A DNA stretch of 20,067 nt, taken from Rotaria sordida (lineage: Eukaryota). Shown one piece after another: positions 1 through 9,609 of the stretch. The position numbers were made by a program, and so were the translations under genes. A model generated the notes under the pieces. That model was not told the origin of the DNA. It ran no database searches and worked only from the letters and a program-made list of their open reading frames with translations. Within the stretch, counting starts at the first letter, position 1. Every line of letters starts with the position of its first letter. The stretch is from NCBI GenBank assembly GCA_905250005.1, contig CAJNOH010000912.1:16012-36078 (forward strand). Direction: 5' to 3'.

Positions 1-237
1 TAATATTTTAGTTTTCGTCCAACAAATATGAATGAGAATAGTTTATAGAAATTCGAAAGAATCTCATTCATTAAATTTAATACTTATTCAATTTAAGAAA
101 TATTACACTAGAACTAAAAGAAAAATGTATTGATCTTTCAAGATTTATTTATTATTAATTTGATTTAAATAAAAATGATATTAATATTAATTGATTAATA
201 TTCTGAACTATTGTTTGATGTACTCAATAATAGTAGT

Positions 238-1423
238 TTAATCATCATCATCATCATCTCCATCATCTTCTTCAATATCTTGAATTTCATGATCATCATC
301 ATTATCATCATCATTTTCTCCTGTTTTCGATTGATAATCAATAGAATCATCATTATCCCAATGTTCATGACATATATCATCATTTTCAACTTGACGAATA
401 GTCCATGCATCAAAACAGAAATTTGAATTTGTCATATAATCATATGGAATATAACAATATCCTTTATCACCCTAGAATTAAAACAAAGTTAAGATAATTT
501 TTTTAAGAATAAATTTATATTTTTTACCCAATCTTCTCCCCATGAATTTCTAACAATAAATGCTCTTGATTGATCACTATAACCAACAGCTAATAATGCA
601 TGTCTATTATGAAAAATCAATCTATTATCATTGAATTTTTAATAGAAATTCCAAAATAATACCTTCCATGTTCAGTTCGACTTTGTTCATCTTCATTTGG
701 TATTGGTACAACACCTGTTTTAGATGCTTTATCAAATGATTTATATAATCGTAAACCAAATGCAAATGGAAAACCTTGTGCAAGACATGATTTCATTTCA
801 TCTAAATTAATATTTATTTTAAGTGCTTCAGTTATTTGATGATCTTTAGCTTGTTCATAAGCTTGATCATTAGGTCGAACATTAACAGATGTTATATCAT
901 AAGGCCAAACTGATTCAAAACAAGTACCAAATTCTTCTAATGCTTCAATAGCATCTGTCATTGAACAACCTTTATCAGTTACTGCAGTTGATTTTTTAGT
1001 ACGTCCATTATAATAAATAAATAAACGACTCATATCAATATTTGAACCATTCACTTTTTTTAACAAATATTCATAAGCTCCTATGATAAAAACAACATAT
1101 GAAACATTTAATAAAAAAATTCATAGTTTTTCTTGTTATACCCGCAAGTGAATTTGCTGAACTGAATAGAAAAAATAACAAAATAAAGATAATAAAATCG
1201 ATTATTCTTCTTACCAACTACCAATTCTTGATTGATCTTCGACAGGTGTCATATCAGGTCGAAGATCAACTTTTGGTGGAAGTTGATCAGTACTATATAA
1301 GACATGATCAGAAAAAAACTGTCGTAAATTTTCTTTGGATGGCATTCGAGTTGATGGCTTGATACCATTGAGCCGAAATTTTTTATCATTAAATCGATTA
1401 TATAAATATGTTCGAATTGGCAT
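238..1423 (-). CDS. Papain-like (C1A) cysteine peptidase, 5 exons: 1423-1215, 1161-1142, 1080-663, 607-528, 471-238; acidic C-terminal tail; junction 3/4 is out of frame by +4 nt (possible pseudogene or assembly error)
   Basis: Spliced product reads ...LPPKVDLRPDMTPVEDQSRIGSCSANSLAGAYEYLLKKVNGSNIDMSRLFIYYNG...TEHG / HALLAVGYSDQSRAFIVRNSWGEDW / GDKGYCYIPYDYMTNSNFCFDAWTIR. It has Cys (GSC), His (HALLAVGY) and Asn (RNSWGEDW) motifs typical of C1A peptidases. Introns have GT..AG borders: 1214-1162, 1141-1081, 662-608, 527-472. Confidence 0.87.
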
Positions 1424-2451
1424 TGCTAAATTCTGTATCGTATGAAAAAAGACAAGCTTGACTAGTATTTATACGAACAAGTTTACAACCTATCGATAAT
1501 TATAATGATATTAGCTTCTTCTTGTTTTTTTGTGTATAATATTGAATTAAAACTTTCGTGTTTTTTTTTTATTAGGTTGTTTTTTCTTTTCACGCATCAT
1601 TTCACGGCTCTATATCAGACCGTCTATCGACAAGCACATCGTTGTTTTTTCTTCTTTCTTTATTGCAACCTTTAAATTAATATCGAAAGTGAAGCTTACC
1701 AATTATGTATTTTACTATATGTAACAAGGTAATTAGAAATATCTATTCAATATAATTATATTTATGATTAATTATGATTTTATACATTTTTGCATGAAAA
1801 TGTTTTTAAGATTACAAAATAATAAATGGAGCATGAAAAATAATATTAAAAAAATATTCTATAACCTTTTACTCAAAGATTCAATGCATAACAAAATAAA
1901 TATGACATTTACCTTTACATAAAGTATAATATTGTTTCAAAAAATATTGTATCTAAAACATTTAAATTTTGATTTTTAGTAACACATGAAATATTTAGTC
2001 TTGTGTGATATGATGTGAAGATGATTTTTTTGTTTTTGCAATTGATGAAAATAATAAATTGAATAAAATGATTACTTCTTAGTATTCAAATAATATTGAC
2101 GAGGGAAGTTCTCCCATCTAATTCATCACTTTTGAATCGAAAACATGTCCATCAATTGCTGAAAGTTTCAGCTGAAAATACCTTTCCTTTGTAAATTCGG
2201 CTGATATTCCTATGAAACGTCGCCCGTCCTTTATTACTAAACAAAAGAAAATTTGCAGAACTTATCTTCCAACTTAATACATTATACACATATTTATTCA
2301 AACAAAACTACTTTATTTCACAGATTACTACTTATTACACAAAATCATTTTCATCTCTACATAGATTTTATTTTCTTACAACAATAGACAAGACAATTTT
2401 CTTTTATTTTATTCTGGTTTTCTTAAATTTAATACTTTATTGTTTCGTATT

Positions 2452-4273
2452 TCAGAACATTATTGAATAACATATTTTTGCATAAGGAAAATATTCTTGT
2501 AAAGATAAATTGGAACATTTGCTTTCAGCACGTAATCTTAAATCATTTATTTTGGTACAATTAATTCGTGTAGCATCTCTTGTAAAATTATGTGTTACTC
2601 GCTGTAAAGACTTATAATCAATACAAAGACGAACATTATTTGGCAAATACGTTTTAGTATCAAATAAAAGTTGTTCTATATAATCATCATGGACATGGAC
2701 AAGCTTAAGTTCACAAAGAAACAAATATTCAATAAGAGATAAATTTTGATTATCATTGTTTGATTCATAAGCTTGTTTACGATTTTGTGATTTACGATTA
2801 ATCACAGATAATCGTTCCATAAATGGAAATGATTGGGCAATTTGAAGAAAAAATTCATGTTCAAAAGGAGTCATCACATAATGACACTGCACGAACATAT
2901 TCAAATAATCCGCCTGGGAAATGATTTGTAATATCACCGTAATATGGCATAAAAGATGGATATGAATAAATATGACATCGACCTTGTCGTGCCTCTGGCA
3001 AATAATCAACATAAGAAATAATTTGATTATTTCGAAAGTCAATGAATGTCTGTTGAATATCTTCTGTTGATGGACAATATATTTGATTACGAATAAACTT
3101 GATTGAGCGAATATAAAATCTAAATTGATTTAATCTTGGCATACGATTAATAATGTTTTTCTTCAAATGGTTTCCATCAATAAATGTCTCATTAACATAG
3201 ACTGCAAGATATAAACTGAGTTCCTCTAGATTTGACATTCGATTGAGAAGTGGAAGGATTGTTGTATTATAAGCAAGTGTTTTACTCTCACATGACAGAG
3301 AAAAACACTTTAGATTTGGTAAATCACCCTAAAAAACAAAATTTGTTTTCCTATTTGACAACATAAAAGTTTTCCTTGTAAAACTAACTTGATTTTGAAT
3401 TTCATCTTGATGATAAATATCTATTATATCAATATAGAGTGTATGAAGTTGATTAAAATGACCATCAAGAAGATAAAGACAATCTTCAATACATTGTACA
3501 CTAATATTCAATTTCAAAAGAGTTGAAGAACGAAAAGTAGGAAGAGGTGGATCATCAAACCATAATAGAACACGATGTTTATACGATGATTCATATAATG
3601 TTAAACAAATTAGACTGGTGAAGACAGTCAAGATGTAATTGCATATGATTATGATTGTTAATTCTGTCTCGTTATTATGATCAATTGTAACAAAAAGTGT
3701 TGTAATCTGATCTTTGAAAATACCAGATGAAAGATTTTTGTCTAAATATATATATGTAGAATATTAGTAAGAAAAAAACCTATGAAAATAATATCAATAT
3801 ATTCATATGATATAGTCATCTATATGAATAAGTTTGATAGATTTTTCATTTTTGTTTTTAGAATAAGAACAATTGAATTGAAATATCTTACCAGTAAAAA
3901 GACATCGAGCTGACTCTTCATTAATATTATATAGACCAAGAGTATGTAAATTAGGATAATCGACAGCTTTTAAAACATATTTCATAGATGATGATTCAAG
4001 ATCAAGCCATTGAATTTTATGATGAATCGAAGGTAAAATTTGTAAACAAAATCGATTAAGTATCATATCACAACAAATTAGATCGATAAAATTATGTGAT
4101 AACCATTTAACAAAATTCAAATGACTTGTAAAAATTGGATCTTGAATAATTTTATTTAATCGTTGATTGACACCTTGGAAAGAATAAAGTATATCAAAAT
4201 TGTTGAGTTTTTTGAAAATAATCATAAGGATTTCATCAGGTAAATCATTTAATCCAATGCATGAATATTCCAT
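2452..4273 (-). CDS. F-box domain protein, exons 4273-3892, 3741-3389, 3328-2452, with one apparent 1-nt frameshift near 2865-2885
   Basis: N-terminus MEYSCIGLNDLPDEILMIIFKKLNNFDILYSFQGVNQRLNKIIQDPIF resembles an F-box. GT..AG introns 3891-3742 and 3388-3329 preserve frame. The continuation GDLPNLKCFSLSCESK...MSNLEELSLYLAVY...CHIYSYP...VRAVSLCDD / PFEHEFFLQIAQSFPFMERLSVINRK matches the layout I recall for bdelloid F-box paralogues. An alternative upstream ATG lies at 4330. Confidence 0.75.
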
Positions 4274-4463
4274 GTTTATTGTTACTGATCTATTCTTTTC
4301 GATATATGAAAAATCAATATTTATATGCATATATTCATCTATTCTATTTGACCAATGTTGTCAATACAAAAAATGATACATTTTTCTTTAGTCAACATTG
4401 ATAATGAATTGAAAGTATAAATGAATGAATGAATATTGTTATTTCTGTTTTCTCATTTGTCTA

Positions 4464-4526
4464 ATATATATGTCGTATCGAAGTTGCAATTTCGATGGCC
4501 GATGTAACTTCGATACGACATATATA
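4464..4526. repeat. Short palindromic MITE-like element sharing its terminal sequence with the element at 18575-18734
   Basis: TATATATGTCGTATCGAAGTT ... AACTTCGATACGACATATATA; about 20-bp arms, TA-rich flanks. Confidence 0.7.
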
Positions 4527-5037
4527 ATAATAAATGGTACTCTGTAGGTATTTATTTATTTATTTATTTTACAGTACATATGAACACTTGTAGGATTCAG
4601 TTAACATTTAATTAAAATTAAAATTAGTTAAAAAAGATTTCTCTAATTATTTGAGAAAATGAATCTAAAAGCTACAGGATAGACTCTAAAATACAAAGTT
4701 TATTTGAAATTTCATATTCAACTATAAGAGTATTTATTTCTTCGTTTATATACTCATACTTCAGCATGTTGCTATCGAAAACTACATTTGTCTTTTTTGT
4801 TGCAAAACTCTTAAGAAAGATTCTACAATTCCATAAATGATCTTGAAGAGGTATCATTTAGCGCTTTCAAAAAATGCTTTCTGAATTTGTCAGTTATTTT
4901 AAAATTAAATGTATGAAATAGAAACTGATGATCTTTTTAGATCGCATCACTAATGCTAATTTTTTTTTAGTGGTAACTTCGTTCAAGAAAAGTCTTCAAG
5001 ACTGAATTTTCCGAGTCTGTGGAATAATTTAACATAT

Positions 5038-5626
5038 GGGGATGTCCGGAAAGTCATTAGAGTTAGGAAAATTTGAATATGTTCATCATTCTTCAACCAA
5101 ATGAGCTGAATTTTTTTTCTGAAGGTAGAGAACAGATAGAAGTTTTTATTGATGAAGGAACAGTCTATTTATGGCCATGAAACTAGCAAACTTTTTTTCA
5201 CTATATAAGTAAACTACGCACAAATGTTTGTTGCTCATAGCTATAGTCTCATACTGTAGAATATTCTTTTATTTATTTATCAAGCAATATAGCTGATATA
5301 TATACGTGTGTATGAGTGTGTTTGCTATGTGCTTCAAAAGAAAAAGAGAAATAAGACAACGGTTTAACTTAGCAAGTGATCTGATTGTTAGCACAAAATT
5401 ACAATAAAAGAGTTATTTTTGGATGAGAAATAAATCTTCATTGTAGTTAACTAGTGATATAGTGAAGAAAATTTTGCTGGTTTCATGTCTATAAATCGAC
5501 TGTTCCTTCATGAATAAAAACTTCTATCTGTCTGTTCTCTACCTTCAGAAACAAATTCAGTTCATTTAGTTGAAGATTGATAAACATATTCAAATTTTCC
5601 TAAGTTTAATGACTTTCCTGACACCC
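5038..5626. mobile_element. Long-TIR non-autonomous DNA transposon/MITE candidate, about 590 bp, TA-flanked
   Basis: Left arm 5038-5218 is an inverted copy of right arm 5443-5626. Shared sequence: GGAAAGTCATT..TTAGGAAAATTTGAATATGTTYATCA..CTTCAACYAAATGARCTGAATTT..TTCTGAAGGTAGAGAACAG..ATAGAAGTTTTTATT.ATGAAGGAACAGTC. Right terminus in reverse complement is TA-GGGTGTCAGGAAAGTC. Confidence 0.8.
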
Positions 5627-5747
5627 TATATATAAAATCTATTATTAGGAATAGGAGTGCAACAAATCCTATTTTTCTACATAAAGATTGTAAATTTTCG
5701 GCATGAAGACCCACCAAATCCGACCAAATCTTTGCATCAACTATAAA

Positions 5748-5927
5748 CAGTTTTATTTGCTCTACTCGATAATGGTGTAAAATAACCAAATCTATAAAAG
5801 AAACTCCTAAGATTTGGTAGGATTTGGTGAAAATATGACAGTTTTTACCAAACCCTACCAAATCTTAGAAGTTTCTTTCTTAGATTTGGTCATTTTACAC
5901 AATTATCGAGTAGGGCAAATAAAACTG
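5748..5927. repeat. Near-perfect palindrome, 86-bp arms with an 8-bp loop (fold-back element)
   Basis: Arm 5748-5833 versus reverse complement of 5842-5927: CAGTTTTATTTGC(T/C)CTACTCGATAAT(G/T)GTGTAAAAT(A/G)ACCAAATCTA..., 8 mismatches counted by eye. Confidence 0.9.
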
Positions 5928-5931
5928 GTTA

Positions 5932-6110
5932 GTGTGGGGTGTGGCTGTGTGGGTGGGTGTGGGTGTGGATATCTTCTCATCTCCCACACCCACACACAGC
6001 CACACCCACCCACACCCCACACCCACCCACATCCGCACCCACACCCACCCACATCCGCATCCACACCCACACACCTACACCCACCCACACCCCACACCCA
6101 CCCACCCACA
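5932..6110. repeat. Telomere-like fold-back element copy 1: (TGTGGG)-like arm, core, long (CCCACA)-like arm
   Basis: GTGTGGGGTGTGG...GGGTGTGGGTGTGGATATCTTCTCATCTCCCACACCCACAC..., then C-rich variants of CCCACA to about 6110. Confidence 0.85.
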
Positions 6111-6748
6111 CTCTACAATGGAGCTTCTTTCTAAGAACAGTCGTGCTCTGATAATTATCATTAATTGCATTATTGAAGAAAAATGCAACGAAATGTCTTA
6201 TTGCTAGTCATTGTATAATTTTAAACGATCTGAAGCATCTAAAATCATATTGAAATGAATTTCGTTGCATATGTATGTTTGTTTTTGGCTTTTTTGTCAT
6301 CAGTCTTCGTCCATTCATCCTGGGAATATTCCATTGTTGCTATGTGAAGTCCTTCTCAATTGGATGCATATTTAAAAGGAGTTAAAAAAAACGAAAAAGA
6401 AGGAGGCAAAACACACAGAAACAACAAAAAAACGTTGTCATGCTACAGGAGTAAGAATTGAATTATTTCAAAAAAAAAACAAGCAAACAGTGTACAGCGC
6501 AAAAAAATTCGAATCAGTAGCAAACGTATCGGTTGCAATTATTTGGCTGTGGTGAGTTAATTCTTAGGGAGATTCCACAAGGAAAAGAAGAGAATATATC
6601 CTATTCTGCCTTGTCGCACATTGCGGGAATCAATTCCACCCCCAGAATCAGTTCCACCCGATTCTGGAATTTCCAATCGTCGACCTAACTCGGCTTATTC
6701 GAAAACGATCGAGTTCCCTCAATTTCCGGCACTGCCGAAATTCCGTGC

Positions 6749-7008
6749 AATTCCGGAATTCCGTCTCATCCTCACTCTCAGCATGCCTTGTGTAGTTATA
6801 GAGAAATATCTAAAATAAGTGAGTGATTCTGGAACGGGATTCCGAGAATTAGATCAAAGCGGAATTAGACGGAACCTCACGAAATTCCTAGCAATTCCGG
6901 AATCCCATCTCATTTTCACCCTCAGCATGCCTTCTGCAGTTAAAGATAAATATCTAAAATAAGTGAGCGACTCCGGAACGAAATTCTGGGAATTAGATCG
7001 AAGCGGAA
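6749..7008 (+). repeat. 144-bp-period satellite units A and B (CCGGAATTCCGTCTCATC...TAGATCRAAGCGGAATTAGACGG)
   Basis: aattccggaattccgtctcat at 6749 recurs as aattccggaatcccatctcat at 6893. Both are followed by cagcatgcctt..tgyagttaaagataaatatctaaaataagtgag. Confidence 0.85.
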
Positions 7009-7175
7009 CATGTCATGGTAAATTCCAATTTTCAGGAAATTCAAAAAAGTGACTGTAGGAGAAATTTCATGGAAATTTCATTGAATGCTTTTAAGAATAG
7101 TCATAGAAACTCTTCTAACAAAAAAAAAATATAGAAATGAAGTTGAAGTCTGAGTTAGGGTTCCGTTGAATTGAG

Positions 7176-7495
7176 TTGGGGTGAGTCAAGCCAAGTAAGA
7201 ATATAAATCTATATGTATATATAAAATATATGATTCAATCTCGGGTAGGATTGGATTGGGTTGAGTTGGGTTGAGTCGGGTTGAATTGGTTTGGGTTGAG
7301 TTGGCTTGAGTTGGCTTGAGTTGAGTTGGGTTGAGTCGGGTTGAGTTGGCTTGGGTTGAGTTGAGTTGAGTCGAGTCGGGTTGAGTTGGCTTGAGTTGAG
7401 TTGGGTTGAGTTGGCTTGGGTTGAGTTGACTTGGGTTGAGTTGGCTTGGGTTGAGTTGGCTTGGGTTGGGCACTTGATCCAACCCAACCCGAAAT
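7176..7495. repeat. GGGTTGAGTTGGCTTGAGTTG minisatellite-like low-complexity block
   Basis: Dense runs of 5-bp words TTGAG/TTGGG/TTGGC between about 7250 and 7490, switching abruptly to C-rich (CCAACCC) after about 7480. Confidence 0.85.
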
Positions 7496-7524
7496 CAAAA
7501 CAACTGTTTTATATTTATCTATAG

Positions 7525-7803
7525 CCCATGTGAAAAATTGCGGAAAAAGTCAGCTTTAGAGAGGTCAAAATCGATTTTTAATCAATAATTCAGCAGTAAT
7601 AGTCATGGCAAAATCAGACTTTAATCGACTATTTCGATTATTATGATTGTAATCGATTTTTGAAAATATTCTAAATCGATTATAATCATAATAATCGAAA
7701 TAGTCGATTAAAATCTGATTTTACCATGATTATTACTGCTGAATTATTGATTAAAAATCGTATGATTTTAATCGATTTTTAATCGATTTTTTTTACATGA
7801 GTA
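7525..7803. mobile_element. Fold-back element (89-bp inner arms 7572-7660 / 7672-7760) nested in the repeat unit of the larger element
   Basis: CGATTTTTAATCAATAATTCAGCAGTAATARTCATGGYAAAATCAGAYTTTAATCGACTATTTCGATTATTATGATT.TAATCGATTT in inverted orientation. Flanks read ..TTTATCTATAG | ATATATTCTTCCTTGACTTGATCCAACCC, a contiguous motif in neighbouring copies at about 7872 and 8000. Confidence 0.8.
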
Positions 7804-8130
7804 GGCATATATTCTTCCTTGACTTGATCCAACCCAACCCAGCCCAACCCAAAATCAAATCATCTATTTTATATTCATCTATAGATATATATTCTTCATT
7901 GACTTGACCCAACCGAACCGAACCCAACCCGACCCAACGTGACCCAACCGAACTCAACCCAACCAACCCCACCCAACCTGAAGTCAAATCATCTGTTTTA
8001 TATTCATCTATAGATATATATTCTTCATGGACTGGACCAACCAAAGCCGATCCAGCCCGAAGTCAAATCACCTATTCTATATTCATCTATAGATATACAT
8101 TCTTTATTGGGTTAACCCAACCCAATCCAC
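7803..8130. repeat. Irregular tandem copies of TATTCATCTATAGATATATATTCTTCATTGACTTGACCCAACC...GAAGTCAAATCATCT
   Basis: TATTCATCTATAG at about 7872, 8001 and 8080, each followed by a CCAACC-rich tract. A divergent inverted copy lies at about 7176-7249. Confidence 0.8.
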
Positions 8131-8211
8131 CCCAACCTAAGAGATGGACACTTCACTTCTCAGATGTTGAAAAATTTGAATTTCAAGGAAATCGGAATTT
8201 ACCATACCCTC

Positions 8212-8725
8212 AAGCGGAATTAGACGGAATCGCACGGAATTCCAAGCAATTCCGTCCGATACCGGAATTACATAGAATTCCGGAATTCCATCTGATCCTC
8301 ACCACTAGCTTGTCTTCTACAGTTAAAAATAAATATCTAAAGTAAGCGAACGATTCCGGAACGGATTTCTGGGAATTAGATCGAAGCGGAGTTACACGAA
8401 AGCGCACGGATTTCCTAGCAATTACGACCGATTCCAAAATTACATCCAAATCCGGAATGGAACTGAATTGCTAGGAATTAGTGGTAATTCCGTCTAATTC
8501 CACTTCGATCTATTTCCTGGGATTCCGTTCCGGAATCGCTCCCTTATTTCAGATATTTATCTTTAGCTACACAAGGCAAGCTGACGGCGAGGATGAGACA
8601 GAATTCCGGAATTGGATGCCATTTCGAAATCGCATGCAGTTCTGGAATCGGACGGAATTGCTAGGACTTCTATCCGATTCCGTGTAATTCCACTTCGATG
8701 TATTTCCGGGAATTCCGTTCCGAAA
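8212..8725. repeat. More copies of the 144-bp satellite: forward copy 8212-8430, then inverted copies 8466-8725
   Basis: Forward: ...TCTTCTACAGTTAAAAATAAATATCTAAAGTAAGCGAACGATTCCGGAACGG...TAGATCGAAGCGG. Reverse: CCACTTCGATCTATTTCCTGGGATTCCGTTCCGGAATCGCTCCCTTATTTCAGATATTTATCTTTAGCTACACAAGGC. Confidence 0.8.
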
Positions 8726-8881
8726 GGGTGTGGGTGTGGACATCTTCTCATCGCACACATACCCACACCCACACCCACACCCACCCAAACCGACACCCAC
8801 ACCCACACCCACCCCCACCCATACCCACACCCACACCCACCCACACCCACACCCACACCCATACCCACCCACACCCACACA
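8726..8881. repeat. Telomere-like fold-back element copy 2
   Basis: GGGTGTGGGTGTGGACATCTTCTCATCGCACACATACCCACACCCACACCC..., followed by about 100 bp of (CCCACA)n. Confidence 0.85.
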
Positions 8882-9609
8882 TCATATATCAAAATCCAAA
8901 ATACCAACCACATTTACACCCACATTCATGGCTCTTAATAAATACTGAGTAATTTCCGTATAAAAATACGTATACTTCTCGTTGCGCAGATTTTCAATGA
9001 CTCAATTGATTACTAATTACTTGAGCAATCGTTTAGCAGATAACTATGAATCGAAAACAGGATGAGCAATTAGAAAACAATTTCGTGCGGAATCTTTCGA
9101 TTTCGATACTCGATATGATGAAAAATAAACTTTTCATTATAGTTCAGAATAAAACTTTCCCACTCAACCACAGAAAAAGATTTGGAAAAAGTAATCGTCA
9201 AATGCTCTTCAGCTATATTTCTATATTCTATTACAGTTAATTGTTTTAAAAAGAAAGAAGTTTTGATGAATTCTTTTTGACTACATTAGTGATTCGAATC
9301 AAGAAAAACCTTTCTACCTGTCTTCTTCATTTTAATATAAGCCAACAAGAGATAGCTCAGATCATAATTGTCTTAAATATATTGTTGTCGCTATCTTTTT
9401 CAATGTCGGAATAAAAATAGGAACAAACGAGCACTTATCGTAGTAGCGTCTTGCTGACTAGTCTCTTTCATAAAACATGAAGCAAAGTCTATAAGATATT
9501 CTAGTTTGCATAGTAATCTCATCATTTCCAACAATTATTGTACATTCTTTTATCGAAAACTAACCCTATAGAGTCTACATGCCATTTTAGAATTATTATA
9601 TTCTATGAC

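Larger units (their letters stand above)
7009..8211. mobile_element. hAT-like non-autonomous insertion, 1203 bp, flanked by 8-bp duplication AAGCGGAA (7001-7008 / 8212-8219)
   Basis: Terminal inverted repeats of about 35 bp: left CATGTCATGGTAAATTCCAATTTTCAGGAAATTCAAA, right (reverse complement) GAGGGTATGGTAAATTCCGATTTCCTTGAAATTCAAA. Removing the insert and one TSD copy restores the 144-bp satellite unit. Confidence 0.8.

Noticed and set aside
195-426. ORFs on both strands rich in Met/Ile (72 aa and 71 aa)
   Set aside because: Alternative frames of the GAT/ATC microsatellite encoding the acidic tail of the protease.
5814-6207. ORFs encoding His/Thr/Pro- or Gly/Val/Trp-rich peptides on both strands
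   Set aside because: They translate the (CCCACA)n/(TGTGGG)n repeat in different frames, which explains the peptide bias.
7186-8044. ORFs with (NPTQLNSTQ)n repeats
   Set aside because: They arise from the TTGAG/TTGGG low-complexity DNA. Several overlapping frames are all open, as expected for this repeat.
8563-8952. Overlapping ORFs on both strands over the telomere-like block
   Set aside because: Repeat-derived peptides (VWVWVGVGVG, HTHTHTHPHPH) with no domain signature.
9046-9240. 64-aa ORF upstream of the RING gene
   Set aside because: No motif, composition typical of AT-rich intergenic DNA, and no splice-supported extension found.
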